Source of the DNA: Callorhinchus milii
Lineage: Eukaryota
Assembly: GCF_018977255.1 (NCBI RefSeq)
Contig: NW_024704742.1
Coordinates: forward strand, 127,474,001-127,538,000
Direction of reading: 5' to 3'
DNA length: 64,000 nt
The position numbers were made by a program, and so were the translations under genes. Positions 1 through 13,989 of this stretch are shown here, one piece after another. Below the pieces are notes generated by a model. That model did not search any database. It was not told the DNA's origin and worked only from the letters and a program-made list of their open reading frames with translations. Numbering within the stretch: the first letter of the stretch is position 1; every line of letters begins with the position of its first letter.

Positions 1-30
1 GTTTCCTTAATAATAATAATAATTATTATA

Positions 31-258
31 AGTTTCCTGACTCCACACGCCTAATAATAATCCCTCCAAAACAAAACAATAATAAATTGGTCACTTTCAA
101 TCCACCACTGTTTGTGGGACACTGCTGTGCGCAATTGGCTTCCGCGTTTTGCCCACAAATATACGGTCAATTCACTTTACAGTCTATTCTGTGAAGCGCT
201 TTGAGATGTCGAGAAGACGTGAGAAGCGCTATATCAAATGCAAGTATTATTATTATAT
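31..258 (+). mobile_element. tRNA-derived DeuSINE-type SINE, 3' part
   Basis: Core GTGGGACACTGCTGTGCGCAATTGGCT, L2-type stem-loop tail, (TTA)n; matches the full copies elsewhere in the window. Confidence 0.85.
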
Positions 259-1169
259 TATAGTCACATGGAAGTTGTCATTTTAGTCTCAGCAATGTCT
301 TTCAGATTGGATATAGGTACTATGGTTACAGCTTAATATTATACTGATCAGATCTATATAATTGAGTTCATTAAATAGTGCTACCTCATTAAGTTACATT
401 GATCCTATGCAATTAGTTCGAAAGCTTCTTCGGGAATTTGGACTCTGACTTTGCAAATTCAGGAATTATATGGAGATTGTCTCTCTGGAGTGAGTCACAA
501 TGACTCTATACTTCAAACTTCTTTAAAGCTCTCACAAGCCTCTCACTCAACGAGAGATTGCGAATAGTGCTGAAAGTCAAGGCTCCGCATTCTGGGAATG
601 TTTCCAGGATTGTAGTGAGAAACAATGAGTCAAATGTACAATGTTATCTGATCTCCTAGACAGGGGGCAAATTAACCTTGTTCAATTGACGTCATTTATC
701 ACCCTAATAATACAATTAAACTACTGTGTCCAATGGATAAATAAATATTAGTGGGATGAATTAACCCTATGATTGAAAAACTTCTAGAATCCCGGTTTGT
801 AATGGAGAGATATATTTTTGCTACAAAAATAACAATACTTCAGATTAAAATTATTAAAGGTGCATTATAACAGTCATACAAGATGTTAAGCCTTTAATTC
901 AGTTAGAGTATCAACCATAATCCTAACAATAAGAAATACAAAATCATTCATGCATACAAAGCATAAAGACATTGTTAGAATACTACCACAGATTATAAAA
1001 TCAAATAATTAGTGGGTATGGATGAAGATCAATCTATCTTAAACTGAATATGTAAAAACGTACATCAACTTGTACATAAAAGCTGAGTTAAATCGTTATT
1101 TCCTGAACCAATACTGAGATGGTGAGATCTGTGTGGCTGTAGATTCATTATAAACAATAATTATTATTT

Positions 1170-1800
1170 AATACACAACATTTCACATCAGGAGGACATC
1201 ACAAAGCTCTTCACAGGATGTATTGTAAATATCCTGTAGGTGAATGTGGCAGCCAATTTTGTGCTCAGCATATTCTCACAAACAGCCATGAAATGAGTGA
1301 CCAAGTTTATTCAGGGGATTGTTGACCAGGAAACCAGGAGAAACTCCGTTCTCTTTTCTAGTGGTGCTGTAATGCCTCATCCTATGGATAGTATTTATGA
1401 CAATGCCGCACACCCACAGCACTGCATTGGAGTGTCAGTTTAGACTAAATGAGTCTTGACATGGGGCTTGAACCCATAACCTTCTGTCTCAGAGGCAAGA
1501 GTGCTACCAACTGAGCCAGCCTGACACAACTGAGTTTAATGACTCATGTGATAACACTTCATCATGGTTAAGAATATCCAAACCAGACACATATGCATGC
1601 CACTTATGCTTGGAAATTTCCTTTGTGTGTCAGCTTGGCTCAATGGTAGCACTCTTGCCTCTGAGGCAAAAGGTTCAAGCCCCACATAGGGACTTGGAAT
1701 CGCATAGTCTACGATGAAACCCCAGTGTTGTGCTGGGGTGTATTGCATGTTGGAGGTGCCGTCCTTCGGATGAGACGTTAAACCAGAATCCCATCTGCCT
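1170..1800. mobile_element. Two old DeuSINE-like copies, head to head (~1170-1527 minus, ~1627-1800 plus)
   Basis: GCTCARTTGGTAGCACTCTTGCCTCTGAG...GTTCAAGCCCCA heads and GGAGGTGCCGTCCTTCGGATGAGACGTTAAACC core. Similar old copies at ~13485-13670, 18545-18930, 24430-25060, 32390-32710, 51650-51850, 63545-63970. Confidence 0.7.
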
Positions 1801-2478
1801 AAGAGTAATATCTCTATATATACTATATTCACTGGACACAACAAATGTTTTTAATTAAATTAAATAAAATTAACTGTTTTGAATTAAATTAATTGTTCAA
1901 TTAAACTTTTTTAACCCAGCTATTGGATAGTGGTGCCAATCCTCCACTGTAGTGCTTGGAGAAAATATTGAATAACAATACTGAAGAGATATAGCATCCT
2001 GCATTATTAATACCTATGTTGTCAGAAGATTGTTTTAAATACACAATGAAATCAAACAGATTTTGGTACACTTTCATCAGTCAATTAGTTAAGGCACAGA
2101 ATATTGTTTTTACCACAATAAGAGCAACTTTGCATTGACCATACATAGTGCCTTTCACGTTTTCAATCTGAACAACTGATGGCCTATAACTGAAAATTAA
2201 TTAACTGATCTAATTCTATTTTTATCAATAGCATTATATTAGAATAGAGTAGTGTTTAAGTTGTTACCATCTAGAAAACTATAAGTTAAACTGTAAATTA
2301 ACAAGACCTTATATGTGTCACAATATTGCATTAAAACATGGTGTTAGCACATCATACCTAGTAGTTGACATGTTAACTAATTACCATATTTATGTTTGCA
2401 CACACATTTCTTTCTGTGTAAGTTTAAAACAGTAACTTTTCATTAAGATTTTTAATTGGTTCTTTTCATTTATATAGT

Positions 2479-2628
2479 TCATTTTGCTTCATTGTACACT
2501 TTTCTGTTCGCCTCTGGGTATGTCACTTTACTTAATGGCATTTTATAAATGGCTTTGTTGTTTGTTTTCATCAGCAGAAATGCATACGTGGTTAAGCAAA
2601 ACGGCCAAGTCCCTGCAGGTAATCCAGC
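2479..2628 (-). CDS. Urea transporter last coding exon ([11 protein letters not shown]...[22 protein letters not shown])
   Basis: Second LP box LPxxTWPF and C-terminal VTYPExNR; tttccag acceptor; TGA at 2481-2479. Confidence 0.97.
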   Translation of the reverse strand, partial: AGLPAGTWPFCLTTYAFLLMKTNNKAIYKMPLSKVTYPEANRKVYNEAK

Positions 2629-2922
2629 CTGGAAAGGAAATCACATGGTCTCATGAAACAGTTAAACAGAGAAGGTGTTGCATAAGAGGCTTCGTAAAAA
2701 AAACTTAAGACATTTAAGACACTCACCAGAAAATTTGATTAACTTTGAGATGGAAAATATTCGCAAAATAAACTTATATTGATTTAAAATTGAATTCCTT
2801 TTTTGTAATTAAAGATGGAATAAAAGATACTTAAATTCAGATTTACTTTATATGGAACACTGCTGCTTTCATTTTCAATGCAAATACATTCTAGATCTTG
2901 GCAATTGGCAGTATTAACTTAC

Positions 2923-2972
2923 CACAGACAGCAAGTTCACCATTGCTTTCCCAATGTAAGCAGATATGATTG
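2923..2972 (-). CDS. Urea transporter coding exon 8 (AIISAYIGKAMVNLLSV)
   Basis: 50-nt exon, phase 1-0, equivalent to the small penultimate SLC14A exon; ttccaatag / GTG|GTAAG. Confidence 0.93.
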
Positions 2973-4214
2973 CTATTGGAAAAACAAATAACATATTTGG
3001 TAAACATATTAATTCTTATTAAAATCTGATTATTTTGTTGAATAAATCCAATTTAGATCAAAAGTTAAGGAACCATAATTTACAGAATGAGAATAAATAG
3101 ATAATTCAGGCAAAACTAGTTCATACAAATGATACAGACACATGGAATGAGTTCCCAGAATAGCTCAGTGGAGTAAAGGTTGTAAGAGACAACTAGATAC
3201 ATTTCTGGGAAACAAGTGCTCGAGTGATATAGTATTACAGTAGAAATGTGATATTCAGATTAATAAAAATGTTTCTCTGTTATTAAAATTTCCACGTTCT
3301 TGTTCTGCTACGGAGTGTTACCAACTGAGCTAAGCACTCTTCTTTCTGGGACCAGAAGGTTGTGGTTGAAAGATGTTTACACAGACTCAAAGTCTAGGCC
3401 AATCCTCCACTGTAGTGCTTGGAGAATGCTTTGTTGTCAGAAGTACTTCCTTTGGATATGATGTTAAACTACCTATTTATGTTCATGTTTCTGCAGTGAT
3501 AGTGGTGAAATTGGTAACAATGCGCATCACCAGATATAGCTAGAGAGAGACAAGAAATCTGACCTCAGAATTAGAAGTGAAAGAGACCAAAGTTTGTAAG
3601 GCATTTTTAAGATCATGTGATAATATTCAAAACAAAAGCGACTTTTCTCTTGTCCGTGTCAATAATTCTCTAGAAAAAGCTATCATTAAGCTTGTGTTTT
3701 TTGTGGTACTTTAAGCTACATAATTTTCATACAAAATACAATCATAACACCTGATGGTACATTCTCTCAGAAAACTTGTCCATGCTTCCTAACTACATTC
3801 CATAAGCATCTCTCCACACTCTGACACACTTTCTATCATTTAATGCTGCCTGGAAAGTGGAGTACAATATTTGTGCATCAGATCATGCAGAGTGGAAACA
3901 GATTTCATACAGCTGATCTTCAGCAGCAATGGTAAGTTGAGATCAACTCTGCCGTCCACCAGCATTGTTCAGCGTCACTGCATGATGATGTAATTGGTAA
4001 CACACCAATGTGCATGTACGTTGGAAGCCAGCTGGGCTCTATCACGTTGCCCACTACTTCATTGGCTTGTATCAAATCACACTGTTTCGCTTCAAAACAC
4101 ATCACTGTACTTCAAATACCATTGTCGCACATTGCACCAACAAAACAATGGATTTGGATGGCGCAATGTTGGATTTTGAAATTTTAAGAAAATATTGAGG
4201 TTTACAATCCACAT

Positions 4215-4270
4215 AAATTATAAACGAACCAGCGTTATGATGAGCTGCATTATAATGGGGTCTCCTGTAG
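4215..4270 (-). mobile_element. Possible pogo/Tigger-like DNA transposon terminus
   Basis: TA-CAGGAGACCCCATTATAATG...CATAACG...TTATAA resembles pogo-type termini; partner end not found. Confidence 0.3.
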
Positions 4271-4859
4271 TTTGCAATTTCAGAAATTAAAGTATTTTTT
4301 GTGAAAATTGTGTTTTTGTAGCAAGAGAAAGACAGCAATTTTGTATCAGAAATCTTTTCAGGTAAAGGGTTAATCAAATATGGATTTTTTTCTGTAAATA
4401 ATAAATAAATGGGTAAAACTAATTAAATAAACCACCATTGAAAATGGATGAAAGCACATGAAATGTGAAGGCAATTTGGAGAAAAGTGGAAAAATAAGAC
4501 TGATGTCAGAAGGATAATTTTCATTATGAACAATTTAAAAATTAAACTGCAATTGAAGAATCAGTGCACCAAGTGGGCAAAATTTGAGATTTTGTGCAAA
4601 TAAATGGTGAATCATGTTATTTTAGAGAGTAAACAAAAGGGAGAAAATAGTAATTGTTGCTTGAATTAATTTCTTAAATGCACCAAAAATGACCATTCAT
4701 GTTATGAACATTTCTACAAAAACTCTCCCTGTGGACCCCACATAATACCATTTTTCTGTCTTGTCTAGACCTGACTATCACCCATGATATTACACTTTAA
4801 TAAACTGTAAAATTTAATACAATATCTTACCTGGAATAAACCCCCCCCCCCCCCCACTC

Positions 4860-7061
4860 TACTGCCTTGGAGTCATCTGAACTCCTCCCCCTCTAGGCTC
4901 CCTCCACTCCTGCAATGACTTATTCTCCTCGGTCACTCTCCTCCACAACTCCCTCTCCACCATGCCCTTGCTACCCTCACTTCCCAAACCGTCTTCTGCT
5001 CACGGAAGTCACCCTGGTACACCAGCCACCTCCGCTCCCTCAAGGCACAGGTGTATACTGCTGAATGCACCTGACTCAAATCTAATTTAACGGTCCATCA
5101 GCAGATCTGGCTGGACCTTATCAAAACTTACCGCTTCTGCCCTCGCCTCTGCTAAATCATCCTTCTACTCCAAGACAATCTTGGAGGCCAAGGACGATCG
5201 CAGAGTCCTCTTATCCATCACCAACCAATTCATCTGCCCACACTCTCATGCCTCATCCATCCTCTCCTCTAACTGCGAGTTGATGCTGGACTTCCTCGAA
5301 ACCAAAGTCGAGGGGATCCACTCAGCTGTCTCTGCCCTTCCATCTACCACCCCCTCCCCATCACCCCCTCCCAAACTGGCGTCTACCCCTCTCTCCACAC
5401 TTTCGAACCTGTCTCCCCCTCTTCTCTCACCACCATTATAATTCACATGAAACCGACCAGCTGCTCCCTCGACCCAATCCCTACCCTTCTCCTTACCTCC
5501 CAGCTCCATTTCCTTGCCCCTCTACTCACAGACATCATAAACCTCTCTCTGTCTACTGGCACCATTCCCACACCTTTAAAAACATCTGTCATCACTCCTA
5601 TCCTTTAAAAAACCCACCCTGGATGCATCCCTGCTCTCAAATTACCGCCCCATCTCCAACCTCCCTTTCCTTTTCAAGGTCCTGGAACAAATTGTTGCTT
5701 CCCAGCTTCGCTCCTTCCTCTCCTGCCACTCCCTTCATGAACCCCTCCAAACGGGTTTCCGTGCTACAGAAACAGCTTTGGTCAAAGTGACAAATGACAT
5801 TTTGTCCATCTGCGACCAGGGCTCCCTCTGACTCCTCATCCTCCTTGACCTTTCTGCTGCCTTCAATACCATTGACCATTGACCACTCTCTCCTTTCACC
5901 TCAACCTCCATGATTCTGTCCTTGAATGGTTCAGATCCTACCTTTCACACTGTCCACTTCATCTCTACAAAAGGCTTCTCCTCTAGACCCTGCACCGTCT
6001 CGTGCGGTGTTCCTCAGGGCTCTGTCCTTGGTCCCCTCCTCTTCAATATCTATATACTCACTCTTGATGACATCATCCATAGACATGGGGTTAACTTCCA
6101 CATGTATGCGGATGACACCCAACTACACCTCTCTGCCTCCACCCTTGACTCCAAGACCACTGCTGTCATGACAGAATGTATGTTAGACATCAAGTCCTGG
6201 ATGAGAGCTAACTTCTACAGTTGAATGTCAACAAGACCGAGGCTCTCCTGATTGGCTCCTGCCAGCGCCTCCACACCTCAGGCACTGACAGCATCACCAT
6301 CCAAGGTTGCACACTCCACCTCACTGAGCCAATCCAGAATCTTGGCATCTTGTTTGACCTTCAACTATCCTTTCTAGCCCACATTTGTGCTATGACCCAC
6401 TCTGTCCTCCCCCACCTCCACAATATCAACCGGCTCCACCACTGTTTCACACTGCAGGCCACCAAGAACCTCATTCATGCATTCATAACATCCAGACTCG
6501 ACTAAGCAAACTCCCTGCTTGTCGGCCTCCCCAACTCCTCCCTCCATAGGTTGCAGATCACCCAGAACTCTGCAACCTGTGACCTCTCCTGCATCAGGCT
6601 TGTGACACTATCACCCCCATCCTCGCCCAACTCCACTGGCTTCCCATCATAGAGGATACAGTTCAAGATCCTGGTCCTCACTTTCAAAGCCCTCCACGGC
6701 CTTGCTCCCTCCTACCTCTGCATCCTCCTAACCCCCTACCAACCTGCCCGCTCCCTGCGCTCAGCAGGCTCCGGCCTGTTTCATGTCCTCCACCTCACCC
6801 GTTCCACCATTGGCGGGCGGGCTTTCAGCCACTCTGCCCCTATCCTCTGGAACTACATCCCGCAGTCCCAATGCCTTGCTCCCTCCCTTGCCTCCTTCAA
6901 GGCCCACTTCTTTGACCATGCCTTTGATCATCCTCCTTCCCCCCCCTGCCCTCCACTATCCCCGATCCCGACCCCCAGCTTGGGTCTGAAACACTTATTG
7001 TCCATCGCCTTGGGATGTTCTGCCAACATGAAAGGCACTATACAAATGTAATTTTGTTGTT
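4860..7061 (+). mobile_element. L2-clade LINE, decayed ORF2 (RT) and 3' tail, in a UT intron (antisense to UT)
   Basis: [13 protein letters not shown], [23 protein letters not shown] motifs with frameshifts and stops; stem-loop + (TTG) tail. Confidence 0.92.
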
Positions 7062-7124
7062 CTAGAGATTGGGCAGGAGAAATATTGGTAAAGAAGAAAA
7101 CAAATTTAAAAAATAACTACATAC

Positions 7125-7259
7125 CACACACTATTGCCAGGATATGTGTCTGCCATGTGAGGGCATAAAACAGTCCTCCAATTGCACTACAGGCCAGAAC
7201 AGCATTATAGCTCCATAATCCATCATAGATGTTATTGAATGGTGAAGCCAGTGATAATC
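7125..7259 (-). CDS. Urea transporter coding exon 7 ([45 protein letters not shown])
   Basis: Translated by hand; UT motifs IYxGLWxYN and ALTWQTH; 135 nt, phase 1-1; ctttcag / G|GTATG. Confidence 0.97.
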
Positions 7260-8929
7260 CTGAAAGACAAGTAAAAAATAAAATATCTTAATTTTTGTTT
7301 GTCTTGCATGAAACTATTTTCATTTCGGTTAATTAGAAACAGCCATTGGAAGTAGAAGGACATATGTTTACAAATGTATTAGATCAGCCATGATCTAATT
7401 AGATGGCGGAACAGGCCCGATGGGCTGAAGGCCTACTCCTGTCCCTGTGTTCCTATGACCTTGCACACCTACTTGGGTGGAAATTCGACATAGATCTATA
7501 TTTACTCAGCATTCCAAAGCATCCAGAAATTGGCAAATTTTTATACAGTCTTAATTTTGAAGCCATTTTTATGCCATTTCTTTAAAGAATTATAGAAAAA
7601 CAACTTTAAAGTTAGACCGAATTCAACACTTTGCCAATTTCTCACTATAAAAATAGCATCAGTCGTGAAAATAATTATTTAAGTACTTTTGAGACGTTTA
7701 GACAATATTGGCATTATAAAATTCAAGTTTCATTTGCAAGTGGATAGTTGCAAGATGGTGAATTTTATATACCTGGATTTTAGAAAAGCTTTTGATACTA
7801 ATCCATGCAATTCAGTAGATCTAGGCTCATTAAATAAAGGATAATGAATTAAATTGGAATAGCGACTACTATAATTATTTTGCACAAAAAACAAGTAGTA
7901 GTAAATCGCTTCCATCTGGGAACAAATTGTTTAATGGTCTTCCATCAGATGTTGGCACCGGGACAACTATAATTTTGATTTTTTTTATAAATTAGAATAC
8001 AGTAAACGCCGGCTTACTGGCACTGGGAACTGTGAGGTAGTGTAAAATGGGAAATAGTGCAAAAAAGGGGGAAAAAGGAGAGGTATTATAAAATATGAAT
8101 TAATGTAGTATTTGCTTAGCCAGGGAGCAAAAGTAGGGATAAAGGATAAAGAACGAGAGAAGTTAGGGGCACTTAGGGAGATATCGGGTAGAGGTAAGTA
8201 TTGGGAATGTTGGGAACTTCTGACTGATACAGGTATTTGTAAGAAAAGGTTAAATTAAAATTAAAGACTGTAAGGAAGAATTAAAATGAAGAAACACTGC
8301 TGATCATGAGGTGAATCAGGGTTCGCAATGAAGGATTTCAAATGCTGTCAATTAAGAGATAGATACTCTTCTTGGAGCTTGTTATTTTTGGGTTTTATCA
8401 ACTCTTGAGTCTTATCCTCAACTCTTGGGCCTTGCCCCTTCCTTCCCCATTTTCAGGTTGCGCCTGAAGACTATTCGACTGTGCCTATGGTCACCTCCCA
8501 CTACCCCTGGCTTGGAGTTGTGCACTCTGTGAAGCTACCCTGTGTGAGGGCTCTACAAAAATGCAAGTTGTAGTAGTTGTAGCTATCAATACACCAGTAT
8601 TGGGCAAATGGGGAATGTGTTCAATAGGTGTGAAACAGGCTGGTGTCTCAATATCTATAATTCTACAAGATAAAAGGTGTCAAGAAGATAAGTGTCAAGC
8701 TGAACGTTTCACACTCGTTACTTGGCCCTCGAAAAACCTCCCACATTCTTCTAAGGTTAAAACATGATAACCTAGGCGTGTCTCCTGTGTGTTAAAAGAT
8801 GATCGGATGAACCAGTTTGGGAATATGATTAGCTAATCTAACTTTGAATACGATTGGATAAACCAACCTTTAAATTCTGTTTTTGGTTGTAAGCGTCACA
8901 TGGACTAAATTGGGGTATAAAAGATAGGA

Positions 8930-9146
8930 AACAAAAAAACTGTCTTCCTTGCCCTGCCTCCCCACTCTCCGTTAGTCCTTAAAAGCCTCTCCCTCCCAAC
9001 ATGCCCCAGTTCTGATGAAGGGTCGTGGACCCGAAACCTTGACACACTTTCCCTTCTCCATAGATGCTGCCTGACTTGCTGAGTGTTCCCAGCGACTTCT
9101 GTTTTTGTTGCAGATTTCCAGCATCTGCAGTATTTTGCAGTTTGTT
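8930..9146 (+). mobile_element. Penelope-like element terminal fragment with hammerhead-ribozyme-like core; 14-bp TSD
   Basis: CTGATGA-A-GGGTC-GTG-GACCC-GAAA (9012-9036) followed by TTCTCCATAGATGCTGCCTGACTTGCTGAG...CCAGCATCTGCAG, which I recall as a typical fish/shark PLE end. TATAAAAGATAGGA duplicated at 8916-8929 and 9147-9160. Confidence 0.75.
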
Positions 9147-12100
9147 TATAAAAGATAGGAGTTTAGTTAAATTCAGGGAAGCGTGTAAGGGTCTGAAAGG
9201 GATCTTGCACCACTCAGGTTCCGAAATTTTCCCAGAAGAGGTAAACCGTGAAAATATTCAGAATTCAGACTAATTCAGATCGGGGATGAAACAGAAACAC
9301 TTTAAAATATGTCAACATATTTTGATACATATATGCAAAAATAGGAGATTGGGCACACAATTAGGAGAGTCATTTCTAGGCTGTTATTGAAAATTAGTCT
9401 TTTAAAAAATGAGTTAAAATGTCCTAAAACTCCCATTTTAAATACTATCATAAAGTTACTTGCTTGCCAGAACATTCTGGGTTAAAAGTGGAATCTGCTT
9501 TCAATTTTTTTTTCTAAGACATTACATTCAATTAAAAAAATTCTAAGACATCATATTCAATTCAATTTATTATATATTTTATTATTTATTTTTTTATTAT
9601 TCAATTAAATTAAAATTTATGAAAAAAATTAATTTCATAAATGTTGCAACAATGTCAACTTAGAAAATTCATGATTTGTCTTTATCCTTAACTTGTGGTT
9701 CTGTAATTAGTAGGAACTCAGAGCAAAGGAATGTCAATTCCTTTTGCATTCTGATCGTGTGGTCAAATATAATCCTGCTTAAATTTATCACAATGTTGGG
9801 AAAAGTACAAATTATTGCATTTGCAAAATGATATTGCTTCAGTAAGGTTTAAAATAATGCACTAAAAAGTGGACACTGTAGATAAGTAAATGTATGGAGT
9901 AATAGTATATCAGAGCAGCAAGTTTTATGGTGCACATTTCCATAAATATCATCTGCTCAAAATATGATTCAAACTTCAGCATACTGATTGTTTCTCTTGA
10001 AAAATCATTCATAGTAAGAAAAAATCAGTATTTGAGAGCCAAGTCAATTGGTAATCAAAAATTGGGTACTCTAGAATTTTGGGGTTCATAAATGTCACAG
10101 TAATATCAACTTAGAAAATTCATGATTTGTATATAATACAAATCATACTTAATATCAACAAGGAATCACATGAAGAGGATTCATTTGTATGAACATAATG
10201 GTATAATGGTATTATGCATAATCTGGTTGTTGTTTCACTTAGTAAAGTGTGCCATGTGATTAGTCCAAATGGGTACATCTCTTCATTGTTGGTGTCACTA
10301 CCACCAGACCTTCTTAATTTTTCTTTTGTTTGATTACAAATCTAAAAAGATTTCAGCTACAGACTGGTTAAAACAGTCCCCAAATGGGAAACGCTAATCT
10401 GACAGTTAACTGTATGATATTTGATAACTGACACAACCAGGAAATTGCTTCTGGCTCAAAGACTGTTGGACACATTAAACTGGTTTTATCCCACAAGAAT
10501 CGTTCTTAGAAGGTGAATCACAAAAAAGGCAGCATTGGATTTGAAGTGTGTTTAGAATTAATAATGTAGTCAATAAGGAATGCAGAAATGCTGTTGTGTT
10601 GTACTGACAGTCTTTGACATGAACGTGAATTACAGGAAGTATGACTTACCCTATCTGTGAAACTTAACATACAGTATTTCCTTAAAAAGTTGGATGGGGT
10701 CAGAGTGACAGAAACTGTACAACATCTAATGGAAGCCTATGCAACCAGAAACTGAAGACAGCTGGGACATAAAATGTGGAAAATAAAACTCAGATAGAAT
10801 CGGCAAGATAAAAGTAAGGGAGATCTTTCATTTGTGAGAAGGATATGTTGAAGAGCTACAGTGAATATAATAAATAAGAGGATTATAGAATCTGGAGAAA
10901 CTGTGGAAATCCAAAATGGGAAACACAGAGAGAAAAGAGTACCAGAGCAATGGTTTAATTGCAGGATTTGAAGAAATAGAGAAAAATTTAAAGGAAATGG
11001 AAGCTTTGAAAGGGTAAGTGAAATTCAATGAGCGGCTGATAGATAAAAGAGTGAAAAACAAAGAACAAGAGCGTTCAGGGAATGGGGGATCACTGGGAAC
11101 AGAAATAAACAGAACATTAACAAATTAGTCACCGACTAGGGAAATTTATTCCATTCAAGATTGCTGCTTTACAGAAAAAAATGAATAGCAGGAAATACTG
11201 TAAAAGTTTGTGATTGAGAAGTGAAGAAAGGCAAATAACATCTAAAAGCGACACTATCTCATGAAACAAATACATTGGTTTTAAGAAGGGAAAAAAAACT
11301 TTTAGCATTTTTGTTACTCTGATATTACATGCAAGAATGTTGCACTTTCCTGTGATTTACTGCCCAACTTTGTCTTTGTAGACAAATGAAAATAAGATTT
11401 GTTGTTTCGTGAAAACAGTGCTCCTTTCATTTGTAGGTTTTAAAATTGACAGAGATATATTGCCCTGACGACAGAACTGTCTGTTCACAGACCTAAAGAA
11501 AGAGGGCTTTCAGAGACCTAGGAAAAAGGAAGGAAAGCAAGAATGCTAAGAACCACTAACTGTTCAGAGTTTGAGACTTTGCTACTATTGCCTGCCGAAG
11601 TTCTTTCATTTCAAAAAAATGCTTGTTAAATAAAATGTCCACTTATAAAAAAACCTTTCCTGCAAACCATTATATTGATTAATATTCTTCACTAAGCATA
11701 TAATGCGTTCTTACATCAGGCATGTGAAACTTAAAGATAATGTACTGCAACGTAAATTAGTGTCAGAATCCAATATTCCTCTATAACTTTGTATAGTTTA
11801 AAATAGATGACTTTTCACACTAAGATGCTGTGGCGTAACTGCGAGGGCAAATCTAAATTGCTGTTGAATCTTTGACTATTTAAAAAAAATGATCCTGTGG
11901 TAATTCCATCAAAGAAAAAATTTAGAAATCTCTGGACAGTAAGGATTATATTTAAGAATTAGTCAGTCATCTGATAGTCATCCTAACACTGTCCAAGCTC
12001 TATTATAACCTTTCAGCAGATACTGTCAAGTACAAGATTGTATTTATTGGGATATTGACAGCTGTGTTAGATTGACCAAGACAATTCCCAGAAATATAAA

Positions 12101-12191
12101 TCAACACTTCTCCATTATAAAGGCTTTTCCATATACGGTACTTCATATCTGCAATAACATTTCAAGAAAGTGGGCAAGGTTGTAATCTTAC

Positions 12192-12339
12192 CTGCCAGTA
12201 TACCCACACAGGATCCGATTACAGCGTGTAGGCAGAGGAATGGAGATGAGATAGCTAAAGCAGAAATTATAATGCCACCAGTCCAGGGATTGTCACACCC
12301 GTACACCTGTCCAACACCCACTGGAATAGCTCTGAGAAG
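12192..12339 (-). CDS. Urea transporter coding exon 6 ([22 protein letters not shown]...GILA)
   Basis: UT motif PVGVGQxYGCDNPW; 148 nt; ttattcag / CAG|GTAAG. Confidence 0.97.
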
Positions 12340-12884
12340 CTGAATAAAAATAAGATATCATTTGATTTTTGGAAATGTAAAAGTGTAAAGGTCTTTCTGC
12401 ATGTGTTAGACATCCAGTTGACCAAAAAGAATCTGAAAACACGTAATACAAACATAAGATTTAAAGATGCACTTCAGAGTATCATAACTGCTAGAACTAA
12501 AAGTTTCTAATGTCTTTTTTGATTTTTTAGTTTCTCTCTCAACTTTCTTGAACTTTTTCTTGAAATGTAATTTTGATGACACAAAAATAGAAATGCAAAA
12601 AAAAGGTACAAATTTCCAACAAAATTATGAATTAGAAGATTTTACTTACATTGCTACTTTTATATATCTAAGATAAATGGAAAACATATATCTACAACCT
12701 CTACTTAAAAACAAAGCAAAGCAATTTGTTTAAAATATCATTAATATTTGAGGGTGTAAAATCCTCTCCAACATTTCTCAATCTCAAGCAGTGACTAAGG
12801 CTGAGAAGACTGCAGGTGATATGATTGCAACTATTTGCCAATGCTTCCTGTGAGATGCAGGGTGTCCACCTCACAGAATCGCAA

Positions 12885-13310
12885 GATGTTAAAGAACAGA
12901 AACAGGCTATTTACCCATCAACAGTCTGATGTTTTCTTCACATGAACCACGTAATCTATTATCAATTTTCTGCTTCCCATAGCGTCTAATATTCTGCTTT
13001 TTCAACATATATCTAATTGCTTTTTAAAAGGTTTGCGGACTGGACTCTGCTTTAACAACAGTTTGTAACAGAGAATTACACATCCTGGTCAATCTTGTAA
13101 TTTTTTTTCTAAACTGCCCTTTAATTATTTTTGTGATTATCTTAAATTTGCACTCTCTTGTTAGTGACATGCCGACTAGTGACAATAATCTATTTATTTT
13201 ACTATTTATTCTACCATAATCCTGAAGACCACTAGCAACTCACTACTTAATCTTTCAACCCTAAGAAAAAACCTTAACTTCTCAGGTCTCTCTTCATAAC
13301 TGTAACTCCT
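12885..13310 (-). mobile_element. Old CR1 LINE 3' fragment
   Basis: Reverse complement resembles the CR1 ORF2 C-terminus and 3' UTR seen at 14430-15085. Confidence 0.55.
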
Positions 13311-13989
13311 CTTTAAAAGAGATTGTTCTTTAATAGAGCGAGCACAGATATGATGAGCTGAAAGGCTTTCGTCTTTGGATGCTTAGCTCTGGCAGCACAT
13401 AATCTACAAATGGGATTACAATAGCACATTTGTAGTATTCTTCCGTGCTGTCTGCTTGTTGATTTGAAGTATGGTTGATTTGTGTGTCAGCCTTTTATTG
13501 TGGTAGCAGGTTATGGGTTCAAGCCCCACATCGGGACTTCAAATCACATTGTCTAAGCTGATACGCTAATGTAGTCGTGGCGGGGTGTGGCATTGTGGGA
13601 GGTGCAGTTCTTCAAATGAGACATTAAACCAAGGTACCATCTGCCTGTTCAGGTGGATGTTAAAGATTCTTCCCTTTCTGTCAATCTCGATTTACAAAAA
13701 TCAATTAACTTAAGTTATTTTTAAATCAGAACCTTGATTGGAACACTGCTTTTCAATGACTTTCTCGAAAAAACCTCTCAATTGGGTGAATGGTTGAAAA
13801 ATAACTTGATTTCTGACAGTGATTGCTTGCTGGATGTGTTCTCCCTTGCATGCAGACTGTATCGCCAGGTTGAGCTTGTGTGAGTTGCAAGAGGAATAAA
13901 TGACATTGGGGCCAAGTCCCACTTAGGCTTGAGGACATTGAAGCTATTGTGTCATATGACAGGCCCGGTATCTTATTTGCATCTGAACC

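Noticed and set aside
3920..4377. Overlapping short ORFs as missing UT exons
   Set aside because: The real exons were located at 7259-7125, 2972-2923 and 2628-2479; these ORFs have no UT similarity.
10680..11160. Purine-rich stretch as decayed retroviral gag
   Set aside because: No recognisable motif or sustained frame.
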